DNA of 64,000 nucleotides from the human T2T-CHM13v2.0 reference genome, Homo sapiens, in the NCBI RefSeq assembly GCF_009914755.1, contig NC_060933.1. The stretch is one strand, 5' to 3'. The notes beneath the pieces are model-generated. The model searched no databases, had not been told where the DNA came from, and saw only the letters and a program-made list of their open reading frames with translations. The position numbers and the translations under genes are program-made. Positions 26,587 through 39,419 of this stretch are shown here, in pieces. Each line of letters begins with the position of its first letter. Position 1 is the stretch's first letter.

Positions 26587-27068
26587 GGAAGTTCTTAACA
26601 TGGGGGTCATGTACTATAGGTTTAAGAGGTCTGAGAACTTTAATAAAAAAATTGCATATTACTAAGCTGTAAGTGAAATTAGCATCTCTTTTCATTTTAA
26701 ATGTAGGCAACAAACCATAGTAGTCTTAGCAACACATATGAGTGGTTGTCAGTACAAATCCTTTATATTTTTGTGTAATATTGCAGTTAGTGCTGATGCA
26801 TCAAATACTATATTACTTAAGTCATGCCTTTGAAATTACAGTTAATATTAGAATACCTGCTAGAAACTTGTTAGTTCATTGAGGATAAATAATTATGTTA
26901 TTGCTATGTCACAAATTTATAAGACTCCTTTAATAACTGTAAGGCATATAACTGGTAAGCTTTAAGATTACATATAAGTCATATTATATGGTTAGCATAT
27001 TATTCTAAAAAGGGAGCCATAGGCCTAATCAAGACTCCATGTACAAACATAAGAAAATAAAATAACAT
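26587..27068 (+). mobile_element. MER113 hAT-Charlie DNA transposon
   Basis: GTTCTTAACATGGGG start, AATGTAGGCAACAAACCATAGTAGT, ATTATTCTAAAAAGGGAGCCATAGGC. Confidence 0.82.
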
Positions 27069-27615
27069 TTTAATGTTAATTTTAACAAATAATACAAAGA
27101 GATTTCAGAGGATTCCTGATTCCCAGTGGGGTCACCTTTTTTCGTTTTGTTTTGTTTTATTGTTTTGTTTTGTTGTTTTTTCTCTACTTCTGGAACTCTT
27201 TCTTATTAACCTTTTCATAGGTTATTATATTATGCCATTATGCATTAAATAATGTTTGTTAATATTGTTTATAAAGTTCTTTATCAATGCTAAAACTATT
27301 TGCAAGGGAATAGCCCATTGCTGCCTAAAATTGGATTTTTTAAAATTTGGGGCTAAAAACAAGTCAAATGTGGTCCAATTCACCTCTCTCTGTCAAGCTC
27401 ACCTTTGGCCATCTCCACTGAGAAGCCAAGACTCTCAGGTCATCCATAGCCATTTTTGATTCAATTGCTTATACATCTTTTTCCAGAGTGAGTTGTTATT
27501 TTCTTCACTTTCAACTGAGAGATAAACTTCAGAGTATTTGATTGTTACTTTCCTGATATTTCTTCTTGGCTGGCTTTGGCTTTGGGGTTCACCCAGTGCA
27601 AGTTCATAGAGGTGG

Positions 27616-27646
27616 TGAGTCATCAAATGCCTGAGTCATTGCAATG
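27616..27646. promoter_or_regulatory. Tandem AP-1 sites
   Basis: TGAGTCA at 27616-27622 and 27632-27638, followed by palindromic ATTGCAAT; motif match only. Confidence 0.35.
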
Positions 27647-28139
27647 CCAATGCCATTTTTATAGTGATGACAGCTCCACTTGGCTTTTTACAGCCCTCTC
27701 TTAATTCCATTTCATTCAGCCTCAGAGCCAGACTGCCTTATGATTGGCAACAAGATGATCCCATCTCATTGATGACCTTAAAGGCCTTCCATTCTCAATG
27801 GATAAAGAAGTGCAGATAATTTTAGCAGTGCCTTTGGTGCCTCTATAGGCACATCCACCCACATTTAAATACACGTTTTTATGTTTACCCGTTTATCCCT
27901 CTCTGTGAAATATTGCAGCAGCTTAAACATTAGCATACTAATCCAGGCCTGAGGTCTGGGAAAGATTTATGGTAAACATTTTTGGTGCCATTATTCACAC
28001 TATGTGTGAAGCTGAGTAAGACTTTCTTCTGAATCAGAGTAATACCAGATTCATATCACACTGGCTGCTCTGCTAAAAATCTAACTATTTTAACTTAAGT
28101 TATATTTCAATGCAAAAAAAATAGTTCATTCCAATGATG

Positions 28140-28393
28140 TCAGCATGGCACTTGGAAATATTAATAGCTATAGAGTCAAAGAGAATGATGTTAAAATCCT
28201 GGTTCTGTCATTTTCTAACTGTGTGACCTTGAGAAAGGACTTAACCTCATTTAGCCTCAGTTTCCTTTACTATAAAATAACTAATATTGTGAGGATTACA
28301 TAAAGAAATAAGAGAACAGAAATTAAATGAAGAAATGAATATAAAGCCTGCTGTGCAGTCCATGCTCAATGAAAGAAAACTATTATGATAATG
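28140..28393 (+). mobile_element. MIR SINE
   Basis: Core CTAACTGTGTGACCTTGAG..CTTAACCTC..GCCTCAGTTTCCT. Confidence 0.88.
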
Positions 28394-28479
28394 TTCGGTA
28401 TTAATGACTAGTGATGCACAATAAGATTTAACCTCTTTCAGCCCAGATTGAACAGGAGAAATGTGGAGACATTGTCAGT

Positions 28480-28642
28480 GATGGACAAAATGTTTAAGCT
28501 CATCTATTCTACCTACTTCATCTTACAAAGTAAGAAAGTAAGACATAGAGAGGTTAAGGAGTTTATTCGAGGTCACTTAGTTATATATCTAATGGAAAAG
28601 CTAGGGCAAGATCTATTTCTTCTGGCCTAAATTCTATTCTTC
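28480..28642 (-). mobile_element. MIR fragment
   Basis: CATCTTACAAAGTAAGAAAGTAAGACATAGAGAGGTTAAG..GAGGTCAC. Confidence 0.7.
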
Positions 28643-29099
28643 AAGTGTAAAGATTTGAGCTTTATGGCTGAATGCCAAGAAGACAGAGTTAGAGCACTTA
28701 ATAATAAAATAACAAATCTCCGTCTCCTGTGTACAGAGGAAAAGTTCAAGAAGTTACAAGAGCAATGAGGCCATAAAAGAAAATAGCTGCCCTTCTGAAT
28801 CAAAGAGTTCCTCCTTTATGTATTTTACTCCCATGGAGCAGGGAACCACAGATAAGGTGAACTTGGTTTCAGATGTGCCTCATCTTCACATAATATAAGG
28901 AGCACAGACCAGATTAAGATTGCACACAATTCTCATCCTGGACATTCCACTTCAATCTTTCTCCAGCTCTAAGGTTTTTCCCACTCCCTCTAGTATCCCC
29001 ATCTGCTTTTTCTATCATCTGTCACCACGTCTTCTTTCCAGCCTTTCTCTACTCTCCCTATTCTGTATTCCCATATTCCCCATCAGACACTGAGAAAAA

Positions 29100-29720
29100 A
29101 CTAAAATGTCTTACTAGCTTTTTTTCTTAACATATTCTGCTCCCCTGACACCCTGGTCAGATTGTGAGATCTATACATGTAAATATATTCTCTTTTGATT
29201 TTTCCATCTCCATTGTCAAGAAAAGTCCCTAACAATAATACACACTCAATAAAATCATACCTGCTTTCATATGTGCTGCCACAGAGCAAATGAGTAAACC
29301 AGATCGACACTCCACTATTTGACACATATCCATCATTTCACATTGCCTTTAGGACAAGTAGCAACATCCTAACGTCTACTACACATTGGGCAGCACTCTG
29401 ACCTCTTCCTACCTCTCCAACCCCAGTTCCCAATACTCACTCTCAGCTCTACAGCCACTATCTTGCTGCCTTGAATGATTAGCCAGTATTTTTCTCACAT
29501 TGGAAACTTGGCGATGCGATACCTTTACTGGGACACTTTTCACTCTTCATTACACTGTCTCAGAATCATCTTTTGGGTTTCAGCTTAAATAATTTCTCTG
29601 TTTGACTCCTTCCTATACACTGAAGTGTCATTTTTTTTTTTAATCTCAACACTTGTTTTTCACTAGACTTTCAAAATAGCAGCATGGTGTCATGTCTCTT
29701 TTCTTCCCACAGTTTTTTTA
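29100..29720 (+). mobile_element. L2 LINE fragment
   Basis: Pyrimidine-rich L2 sense motifs CATTGCCTTTAGGACAA, CAGCTCTACAGCCAC, TTTCAGCTTAAAT. Confidence 0.6.
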
Positions 29721-30025
29721 TCCAAATGTCTCAATCCTTATTTATCTGGCCCTAGTGGCTTCTCTGGTTGTCCAGTCACTCCTCAAACTCTCCCTTCCTT
29801 GATTTCTGATCTGATGCATGGCCCACATTGGTAGCTGTGTATACTCACTTGAATTCTTCCTGAACTTGTACTTTTCTTTTCTTTGTTTTTTTAAATCTAG
29901 TTTGAGAGGCAATTCTCAAATTTGCTCATATCCATGATAATATGCTCCTAATAGGGACAATGCAGTGCTTCATACAGCTCAGTTTATTCAATTTAAGGAA
30001 TCATTTTGTCACTAGTGCACACTTC

Positions 30026-30160
30026 CAGTCATTCTGCAAGTATCTGCTGACCACCTATGTGATTGTTGCTAGGATAAGCACTATGGAAATAATGATGAGC
30101 AAAGGGAAAGGACCTCTGCCTCTCCTTCAGGTGAGCTCAGGCTATTGAAGAAGACAGATA
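30026..30160 (-). mobile_element. L2 3' end
   Basis: CATTCTGCAAGTATCTGCTGACCACCTATGTG..TGCTAGG. Confidence 0.6.
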
Positions 30161-30244
30161 CTACTCATCACACCCTATATTTATACACATGTGCATGTGC
30201 ATGCACACACACACACATACATCTTGTTTAAGAACTATGAAAAA

Positions 30245-30473
30245 GATTGCAGCATAATTATTAAACCGACGAAGTCTGGATCCAGACTGAGTGGGTTTGA
30301 ATCCTTGCTCTTGACACCTGTTAGCTGTGTTACTGTAACTGAGTTTTGTAACTTCACTATGATTCAGTTTCCTCATTTATAAAATGGGGCAGATATCGCC
30401 AGTTACTTTAGTGGATTGTTATAAAGACTGAGTCAATTAATGTATATGAAACACTTAAAGCAGTGCCTGGCAC
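30245..30473 (+). mobile_element. MIR SINE
   Basis: GGGTTTGAATCC..TAGCTGTGT..TCAGTTTCCTCATTTATAAAATGGGG..CAGTGCCTGGCAC. Confidence 0.9.
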
Positions 30474-30583
30474 CGATCATCCCTTTGCAATTCTGTCCTT
30501 CCAAATTTCTTAGAGTTATATTTCCTTTTATTTTCTGAAATTATGTAAATAGAATATGGCATTTTTTGTTTTTTATTGTATAA

Positions 30584-30757
30584 TTCTTTTTAAAAATTTA
30601 ATTCAATTTTATTTTAAGTTCTGAGATAACATGTGCAGGATGTGCAGGTTTGTTACATAAGTAAACATGTGCCATGGTGGTTTGCTGCACCTTTCAACCC
30701 ATCACCTAGGTATTAAGCCACACAAGCATTAGCTATTTATGCTGATGCTCTCCCTCC
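30584..30757 (-). mobile_element. L1PA (older primate, about L1PA10-13) 3' end, heavily 5' truncated
   Basis: CATGTGCAGGATGTGCAGGTTTGTTACATAAGTAAACATGTGCCATGGTGGTTTGCTGCAC with T-rich tail. Confidence 0.92.
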
Positions 30758-30933
30758 AGCAGTGGTTTTTGAAATGGGCTTGTTTGGCGAAAGATAAATT
30801 GAGGAATCCTGTATTCGGAGGAGGGGTGATTTTACTACCATAGACTTGGAAACATTTAGTATCCAAAATGCTTAACCTTGTACCCCAAGCCCTCCATCAT
30901 ATTGCCCTTGCATAATTCTTCCTCATATTCCAC

Positions 30934-31505
30934 TGTTCTTGTTTTTAATTGTTGTGCAACAAACCACCCCAACACTTAATGGCTTGGAGTAGCATCCACT
31001 GTATTATAGCTCATGATCATGTAGGGTCAGGGATTCTGCTGGGAGTCAGCAGAGTGACTTTGTATTGCCTGGGGCCACTTGGTTGTATTCACCCAATGGC
31101 TGGTCTGGTCTGGAGGGTCCAGGATGGTTTTAGTCACATTTCTGTGACCTTACTGGAAATAGCTAGATGCCAGATTCAGCTGGACTCCACAGCCTCTTCA
31201 TGTAGTCGCAGGGCCTCTCCACATAATTTTTAAATAAGGCATTTTATACGGCAGCTAGCTTCTTCTACCATGTATGTTCCAAGATTCGGGAAGAGAAGCT
31301 GCCAATCTTTTAAGGCCTGGTCCAGAAACTGTTACTGGGGTACTTCCACCATATTCTATCCAACTATTCACAGACACAGAATCCTTGCTGTTGCAACCTG
31401 TTAGCTGTGTTGCCTTACAGTCAAATTGAAATAGAAGGAGACACAGAATCCATGTCTAAATAGGAGGAGAGACAAAGACTTTGTGGCCATCATTAACCTA
31501 TCACA
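30934..31505 (-). mobile_element. MLT1H-like LTR inserted in an L2
   Basis: AACAAACCACCCCAACACTTAATGGCTT, GGTCTGGAGGGTCCAGGATGG, CAAAGACTTTGTGGCCAT..CTATCACA. Confidence 0.82.
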
Positions 31506-31900
31506 CTTACCTGCCTGGAGTGGTGCATAAGTAATACTAAACTTGGCTCAATATCTCACATTCTCCTTAGTGCTCGATGCCTCGATGCTTCACGAGGTCC
31601 TGACCTTCTCTATGATACCCCTTTTGCCTTTCTTCTTCTGGCTAACTTTAACTCACACTTCAAATTCTAGCTCAGACATCATCAACTCCTGCCCCAAGCC
31701 CCTAAATAGACTCCAATTTAATATCATCCTGATTTCATGCCTATCTCACCTCCTGCCATACTTTATTGGGACAATCTGTTGCCTTCACCACCTTGTCAGC
31801 TCTGTGGTGGGAAAAAGTATCATGTTTTATTCATTTTTGTATTTCTAGAGTCTAGCACAATACTTGGTGTACCAATGTACCCAGGATGATCTGAATGACT
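31506..31900 (+). mobile_element. L2 3' fragment (continues from about 30840-30933)
   Basis: CTGGCTAACT..CTCAGACATCA; TTATTCATTTTTGTATTTCTAGAGTCTAGCACAATACTTGG. Confidence 0.7.
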
Positions 31901-32506
31901 GTCATCACTTTAAATTTTATTGAAAATGTACCAAGATTATTATATGAAATAAATTAATTTTAGTTCAAATGACCAAGGCACTTCAACAGAAATATTTAGT
32001 TTTCAAATATTGTTACCAGATTAAATGGTAAAATATTAATTTTTATAAAGATGTGAACAATCTTTTAAAATATTCAATCATGAGACTTTATATATCTTCA
32101 TTTAATTACAATATCCATTTTTTTTCCTTTTGAGGGTTGAGTTGGCATAGCTAGACTGAGAAATAATTTTTACAAGTTAGACATCACCTAGAAGTCAATA
32201 AAAATGATGAAGAGGCTGTCTTGATGCTGACAGAGAAACAGAATTATATATGATCTTTCAAGTATAGAAAATTAATCTACATCTAGCTATAGATGTATTT
32301 GATCACAACCCAAAAATTAAAGTACAGGTAAGCTCCAAGGAATTTTCCGCTATTTCTAGGTATAACAAAACAGCTTGCAGAACTGCTCTACATTCAAAAT
32401 TCTTCAGCCAATCTCCTCTTATACCTTTGATCTTTCTTCTTATTTTCTCAGTTCTCTCTCATTGGTGACAGAAAATATCTTCATGAATATGTATGGCTAA
32501 AATGTG

Positions 32507-32714
32507 TTAACATTTATTGAGCATTACTATATGCTAAGCACTATACTAAATGCTTCACATGAAATATCTCTTTATTAAGATGACTCTGAAAATTACCTGT
32601 TATTTATAGTGAGGAAATTCAACTTCAGAGGGTGACTTCTCCAAGGTCACACTGTTTTTAAGTAACAGAAACAAAATCTCTCTAACTCCAAAAATCCTGC
32701 TTTGAATCTCTATA
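32507..32714 (-). mobile_element. MIR SINE
   Basis: TAACATTTATTGAGCATTACTATATGCTAAGCAC..GAGGAAA..CCAAGGTCACAC. Confidence 0.85.
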
Positions 32715-33089
32715 AATTACTTCCTAAAGAAATTAAATCACAACATTTAATGAAATCTACATGGCTGCCCTCTAGACATAAATTTCCCTCTCACACTACT
32801 GAATAGTCAGTGAATTGAATAGAATATTCTTCATTTTGCTGAAATGAGGAAGACTATGGCAATATCAATTTAGGAACAGAGAGCCAAGATCAGTGTTTGG
32901 TATTGGGCATGTTGTGTTTTTAAATAAATGTGGCCTCTACAGAAATTTTAACACAGACTCTGGGACATCTTTGACGATCAACTGGATTCAGCACCAGAAT
33001 AGGAAACTATTTACTATGCTTGCAAGTGGCATCATTATGACGGACAGGAATCTTTTGCACATGGGTAAATTAACTCTGTATGTGTCTTT

Positions 33090-33470
33090 CTTGCCAGGTT
33101 TTACATGAGGAGGAGGATGATGTCCTGCCCTCTAGGATCTGTTTCTTTGTTTGGCATGTCCACACCTGCCACCTTCTCCAGCAGGTTGTTATTGGGAGGC
33201 TGGCCCCTCTTTCCTACTCAAGAGGCTGGGAACTACACTGAATCCCACCCCACCACCATGGTAGCCTGTACCCAATCACTGACTGCTGTGGAGTCACCTC
33301 CACGTCAAGGTGGAATATTTACGCCCAAGACCTTTCCTTAGAATCAAATTCCTTCCCTTTCATTTCCTACTCCATTTCATCATGGATTTCTCCTGAGAGC
33401 CCTCTCAAAAAATCCCTTGCTCACATACTGCCTTCTCAGGCTCCACTTCTAGGAAACCCAACCCAAAACA
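33090..33470 (+). mobile_element. LTR16-like ERVL solo LTR
   Basis: 3' end TTTCTCCTGAGAGCCCTCTC..CTCAGGCTCCACTTCTAGGAAACCCAACCCAAAACA; internal CCAATCACTGAC; 5' boundary uncertain. Confidence 0.72.
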
Positions 33471-33889
33471 ACATGGATGAGGGCCATATTGCTTCCAAAC
33501 TGGGACGAGGTGAAGCTAATGCTCTATTTTGATAGTGTTGCTGCTCTTATTCATGAATGTATTTCATTCAACAAATGCCTTTAATGAGATAATTTGTGCA
33601 AGGCCCTAGGTTTCAGGGAAGATAAGCCTTGAGGTGACTATAATTATTTTAGGCTGATAAGCAACATTTAAATTTAAACAGCAATACCTGAATTAAATAA
33701 AAATTTCAGGAGTAACAAGGTGATATATTAATTAATTGACAACGAATGGTACAAGCAATACATAGCATGATGCTGAACTATAATCCACACTCCTGGAATC
33801 TTATAAGGGCTGTTTCAATAAAGTCAGAAGTAGTGTCATACAAGCATAAAAAATATTTAGCTCAAAGTAAAGGTGATGGAGGGAGAAAG

Positions 33890-34087
33890 GTTAGAGATAA
33901 AGACCTGAATCTAAATCCCATCCAAACACAAGTCCTGTGACTTTGGAATCGTTTTGTTATTCCTCTCTTAGTGTACATTTCTTAATCTGGAGAAAAAAAC
34001 AGAAAAAGAAAACAACAATTATTTTACCAGAAAGTTTTGAACATTAAATATAAAGCATTCTGAGCAATGCCTGTCTCAATGAATGTC
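33890..34087 (+). mobile_element. MIR fragment (degraded)
   Basis: AGACCTGAATCTAAATCCCA..CTGTGACTTTGG. Confidence 0.5.
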
Positions 34088-34289
34088 TTCATAATGTCAT
34101 TAGCTGAAAGGGAATTTAGGTCTGGCACATCTCCAAAATGAATCAATGAGAAAAATGAACGAAAATTTCAATAAACCCTTGGTCAGAAGATATCTACAAG
34201 ATCATAAAAAGATGTTAATCATACTCCCAATAACCCACCTCAAAACCTTGCAGTAAATTTTGAAACCTGGGAACTCAAGTCTTCGAAGC

Positions 34290-34970
34290 TTCTCAAAGTT
34301 CTTGCCTCTGTTCCTTCTAGGCTTAACTACCACCATCGCTTAGCTCAGATGCAGAACACCTCACACCTGGAATATTGGAAGAACCAAATCACTTTTTCTA
34401 AAATGTCACTTTATTCATATAACTCCTTTGACCTAAATGATCTATATGAATATTCAGTGCTCCTGGAATAAATTCTAGACTTCTTAGTCTGGTATTCAAG
34501 GTTCTTGATGATCTCATGACAATCTACTTTTCCAGCTTCATCTCCTCCTGGCCCTTGATATTAACCCCAAATCTCAGGCCATCTTGTCTTCTCTCTGTCC
34601 CTGCACTTGCTCTGATCTTCTTTCTTTGCTCATAAGGAACAGAATATTCTCTCTCAATTGTCATCTCTCTAATTCTTATCAATGCAGCAGTGCCCAATAT
34701 AAATGGCATCTCTTCCACAAGCTTTTCCGTATCATCCAAAAAGAAGTGACACTTATTTTTGTCTATGCAGTTCACTAATTCACTACGCAATAGCAGTAAT
34801 TTGACTCCATTGTCACAGTTATTTCTGAATATAACTTTATTGCATGTTTTTGATTTAATTATTCTTAAGGGATAAACATATATTCCTTACATATTTGTAT
34901 TCATTACTGCAGCTATCACACTATAAGACACATAAAGTGTGGTTGGTTAATATTTATCAAATAATTACAT
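34290..34970 (+). mobile_element. L2 LINE fragment to 3' end
   Basis: CTCACACCTGGAATATTG, CTGGTATTCAAGG, CTACTTTTCCAGCTTCATCTC. Confidence 0.75.
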
Positions 34971-37337
34971 ACATATAAAACCTTAGATTTTATTCTTTAG
35001 TAGATTTAATCTGTTAATTTCCACATTTGCACAGAAATCTGAAATTTCAGAAAATTGGGTTTTTCTATTTCATTTATGAATTCTGGATATTGATTTATTA
35101 ATTTAATTACCGGTACAGTAAGATATATAAAGTGGATAATGGGTATTCAACTAATGTTTGTTAAATGAACAAATAAGTAATTGACTGTAAATTAAGGAAT
35201 GTCTGCCTTCATAAATACCTGGGAGAAAAATATAATGCCATTTCATTCCAAAGTAGTAACTAATATTATTTTGGTTAATTCTATTTTTCCATGTGAAAAT
35301 AATGCTTTGCGGTGGAAAAAAATTAATTAAAAAAGGAGAACATTGCAATATTAAAATCCATTGACCAATAAAAAGAAACTAACTCTTTAAATGCATACTT
35401 ATAGTATATTAGACTTTCAAGTCATCATGGAAGAAAAGGTAGTTGTATAATAAGTTTTGGATCAGTTCAAAGCCTGCTCTTTCTTTGAAACATTTTGTTC
35501 TAAATAATAGACCCTCAGAGCCAGTTTTATCCTTCAGTATCAAATTTTAAATGTGACTAAGAACAGACTATAACATGACGTTGTCTGCAGACCCCACCGT
35601 GTTCTAAGCTGGCCACTCTCATTAGTGTGAGTGCACATGTTGATAAGCCCCAGGGGGCATTTATGTGACACCAAAGAACGTTTCATGACATGCCTTCAGT
35701 CAAGATTTTACTCAGGCATTTTGATTCTCTCTCTAGTGCTATTTCCTCTTTTTCTGTAGCTTTTATTTGCACTTGACCCTATGTTTTAGAAAGTGCACAC
35801 AAGTCAGTATTCCAGACATCCCAGGGACTTGAAGAGCTGATCTAATGTCTGTGTTGCAAGATGAAAAACAGAGGAATTTTGTTGAACCCATAAAAAGGAT
35901 GACATTTTGCCTGGCCCTGAGCTGTTCTGTTCAAAATTGAAGCTTTTGCAGCTTGCGGCTCCTTGATTTGTGAGCTAGAGAGCATCATATCTTGGCCATT
36001 ACTGAATCATAAAAGTTCTCTGCCTCTTCCCAGCCCATTTTATTTAAAAGGACAAAGAGAAACCCTTTATCTTATAAAATGCATTTTCTTTTTATTTTCC
36101 TTCATTGCCGGAATGTATTCTGTAAGGGTTCAGTGAAAACATATGTAAATGGTAATTTGAAAAGACCATTGAGCTGATACAAGAAAGGGTTATTTGGGTG
36201 GTTAGATTGGAATATGAGTCATGGGAGTAGGGTACTTTGCAGTACTTTTTTGTGCCATATAATCTTGTGAAAGGCTAGAACCCTGTACATATTAATTATT
36301 TTCATCATCTATAAAATGGTAATATAGAGCCACATAACACACCCAGGTCAGGGTCTGGTTTAACCACAAAAGACTGATTGGTTCAAGGTGGAATGAACTG
36401 AGCATGAAGGAGAAGGCTTCATTAAGAATTCCTCTACATTTAATATAACTTGGGTAAGAGACAGAGACCCGTGCAATGTTTCTAAACAGCATCTGAAGTA
36501 GTGATTTCCCAGCTTAACTGTATCACCTTATAACTAAACCCATCTCTATCGCATAATTATTCCTTTATGTAACAACATGTGTTCAGTGCATTTGATAATC
36601 AGTCACTGTCTTGGCTGCTGGAAATCAATAGCATAGTCATCCTTCTTCAAAGAGCTTTCAGTCTATTTATAAAGATTTTCTTATGTCAAACAGATAAGCA
36701 TTATTTAAATGCTTATAGTAGGCATAGTCTCATTGTTATATAGATAAAAGATAATACAACATCATTTTATGTGAAAAGAATATCAGAAATTTGCACAAAA
36801 AATAAATGTGCCACACAGTTAATTTCTAAAAGCACCATTTTTTGTGAATTTTGTGATGTTTATTGTTTTGTGAGCTTTTTAAAATCCCTAATCCATCATG
36901 GTTTATTTTCTCATTCTAAATAAACATTCACTTCTGTACATAATTTTGTATTCTTGTTCTTAAAGTATTCATTGAAACTCTAGAAACTTGTGACCCCACA
37001 CAGCCTCAGTCCAGCTCTGGTACAACACTGTTATCTGAGATGATCTACACAAAGTCACAACATAGTACCTTGCATGAAATAGGAGGTTAAAGCATGGCAG
37101 GGATGATTATTAGCCTAGTTCTTGACTAGTTCTCTCTTTGTCATTCTCTCTAGCCCTGGAAAAGCATTTTTCTACAGAATCAGGGAAAATCACAACATCC
37201 ATGATTGTCCTTATTAGTTCGAAGAATTGTTTCAGTGCATGACAAAACAATTTTTTTTCAGGAGTGCTATATGAAAATTAGCCTTCTGTTTAATTTTGTA
37301 CAGTATTTATTAGTTTGTGTAAGAAAGTATGAATCCT

Positions 37338-37634
37338 GGCCAGGCACGGTGGCTCACGCCTGTAATCCCAGCACTTTGGGAGGCAGAGGCGGGCGGATCG
37401 TGATGTCAGGAGATCAAGACCATCCTGAGTAACACGGTGAAACGACGTCTCTACTAAAAACACAAAAAATTAGCCAGGCGTGGTGGCGGACACCTGTAGT
37501 CCCAGCTACTCGGGAGGCTGAGGCAGAAGAATGGAGTGAACCCAGGAGGCGGAGCTTGCAGTTAGTCGAGAGTGCGCCACTGCACTCCAGCCTGGGTGTC
37601 AGACCGAGACTCCATTTCAAGAAAAAAAAAAAAA
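37338..37634 (+). mobile_element. AluY-type, full length, 14-bp TSD
   Basis: GAGATCAAGACCATCC..AACACGGTGAAAC, GAATGGAGTGAACCC..GGAGCTTGCAG. TSD AAAGTATGAATCCT at 37324-37337 and 37632-37645. Confidence 0.95.
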
Positions 37635-38334
37635 GTATGAATCCTGTAAGAAAACAAATCTAGAAACTCTGAAGCCCCTTGTAAATTGAAAGCACAGTTA
37701 TAGGCAGATAGAGGTGGAAACCAATATTCTATATAAATGTTTACTCTTCCTCCATTTTGAAATGTCTGTTGGAATAGTGGAGAAAAAATGAGTGTGAATC
37801 GAACAGTTCTTTGGTGAAGAAAACTCACAGGTGGTTAATGTTCTCTATAGCGAGATGTCCTCAATAGTAATTTCTCTTTTTCTCTTCTGAAAAAGATGGA
37901 GAAAATATTCAGGGTTTCTCAGTGCTTGGAAAGAAAAATACAGCCATCCTTTTCGTTGGCTTCAAATAGTCTAAATAGTGTCAACAAACCCACTGCAGCT
38001 GAGTCAGAAGGAAGATAGCCACCTGTGATAAGCAGCCCTGGGTAGCTTTGAAACTGAGCCAGCCCAGAGATTGAGGACAGGCTTCAAGGAAGGACTTTTG
38101 ACTTCAAGTTAATCACTTGGTGCTGATTGATAAGGGAAAAGGAAAGATCATTAGGCAAAGTTGACCTGTCTGGAAAGCATTTATTTCTTTAAAATGTGCT
38201 TTAGAATTGTCCGTCTGTCAAGATGTTTTTATTCAGGTTAATGTTAATATGGCCTTCTATGTTTAATAATTGTGTGGAAAAATTTGGTGCTCAGTGCATT
38301 TGGGAAGAATCGGTTTAAGTGAAGCAGAATACAA

Positions 38335-38586
38335 GAGTGTCATAATAAAGAGTGCTAACTCCAGAGCTAGACTGTCTGCATTGAAAATCCTGACTTCCTA
38401 GCTCCATGACCTTAGACAAGCTCCTGAACCTCTGTAAGACTTGGTTTTCTGAACCAAAGAAATTAAATTAATGATAGAATCTATCTCACAAGATTGCTAT
38501 GAGGATTAAGGAAGATGATCTCTACAAGGATATTAGCCCAATCCCTGGCAGATAGTAAAGCCTTCCTAAAAGCAAATGCCTCATTA
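38335..38586 (+). mobile_element. MIR SINE
   Basis: TGACCTTAGACAAG..AACCTCT, ATCTCACAAGATTGCTATGAGGATTAA, CCTGGCAGATAGTAA. Confidence 0.85.
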
Positions 38587-39294
38587 AACTTGAAATCATC
38601 CATTCCCAGTACCCCTCTAGTATATTGATCTTAGTTTCAAGAAATGTTTGTGTTCCTCACTGTGGAAGTGGCAGTTAATAGGAATTAAAGAATATTAAGA
38701 ATTTCTTTGTTGGTTTAAGAGTGTGTTTTACCGAAGAAAATCTCAAACAGTCCCTGTAGAGGATGATAACATGTGGACCTTCCCCAAAACAGTTAAACTG
38801 GTTTTGTTGCTGGGGAGCTGACAAGAAACAACTGACACAGCTCCACAAAATCGATCTGGTTCTACCTCAAAGAACAGATATCCAGGCAAATGGATTTACT
38901 TTATTTATCACAATTCAGAATAGAAGTTATAAACTTTCAGGCTTTTATGAAGTAGTTCCCTGGGGCTGAAGCTTTTTGTTATCTTTTCTTCATGGTACAA
39001 TAAGGAAAGATGCAGATGGATGGCATCAACAACCAAGCAAAGATGATGAGTGACTATCTTAGAACCACATAACTTCAGTGTCAAGGCGTGTAGAGAATAT
39101 GTCATAGAGTTAGATACTAAGGGTAATAGCTTGACCTTGGCAAGCTGTGTAAGAATGTATGACATTTTGTTGAATAAAGAGAAACGCATTACAGATAGCT
39201 GGAGTTTCCACATATTTGCAAGGGAAAACAGCCAGAGAATATTTTTCAGTTATTTTGTTGTGTTAGTTATCCTTTACCTCCTAAATTAGTTTTT

Positions 39295-39419
39295 GTCTAT
39301 CTATTGTCTATTTGTCTATCTATTATCTATTTGTCTATTTATTGTCGATTGTCTATATATTGCCTTATAAACTATGTTTTCAGGGGGTTGGGTGGTTTTG
39401 GTTTTGGTTTTGGTTTTGG
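39295..39419. repeat. Degenerate (TCTA)n tract and (GGTTTT)4
   Basis: TCTA-rich 39295-39360; GGTTTT repeats 39394-39417. Confidence 0.75.
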
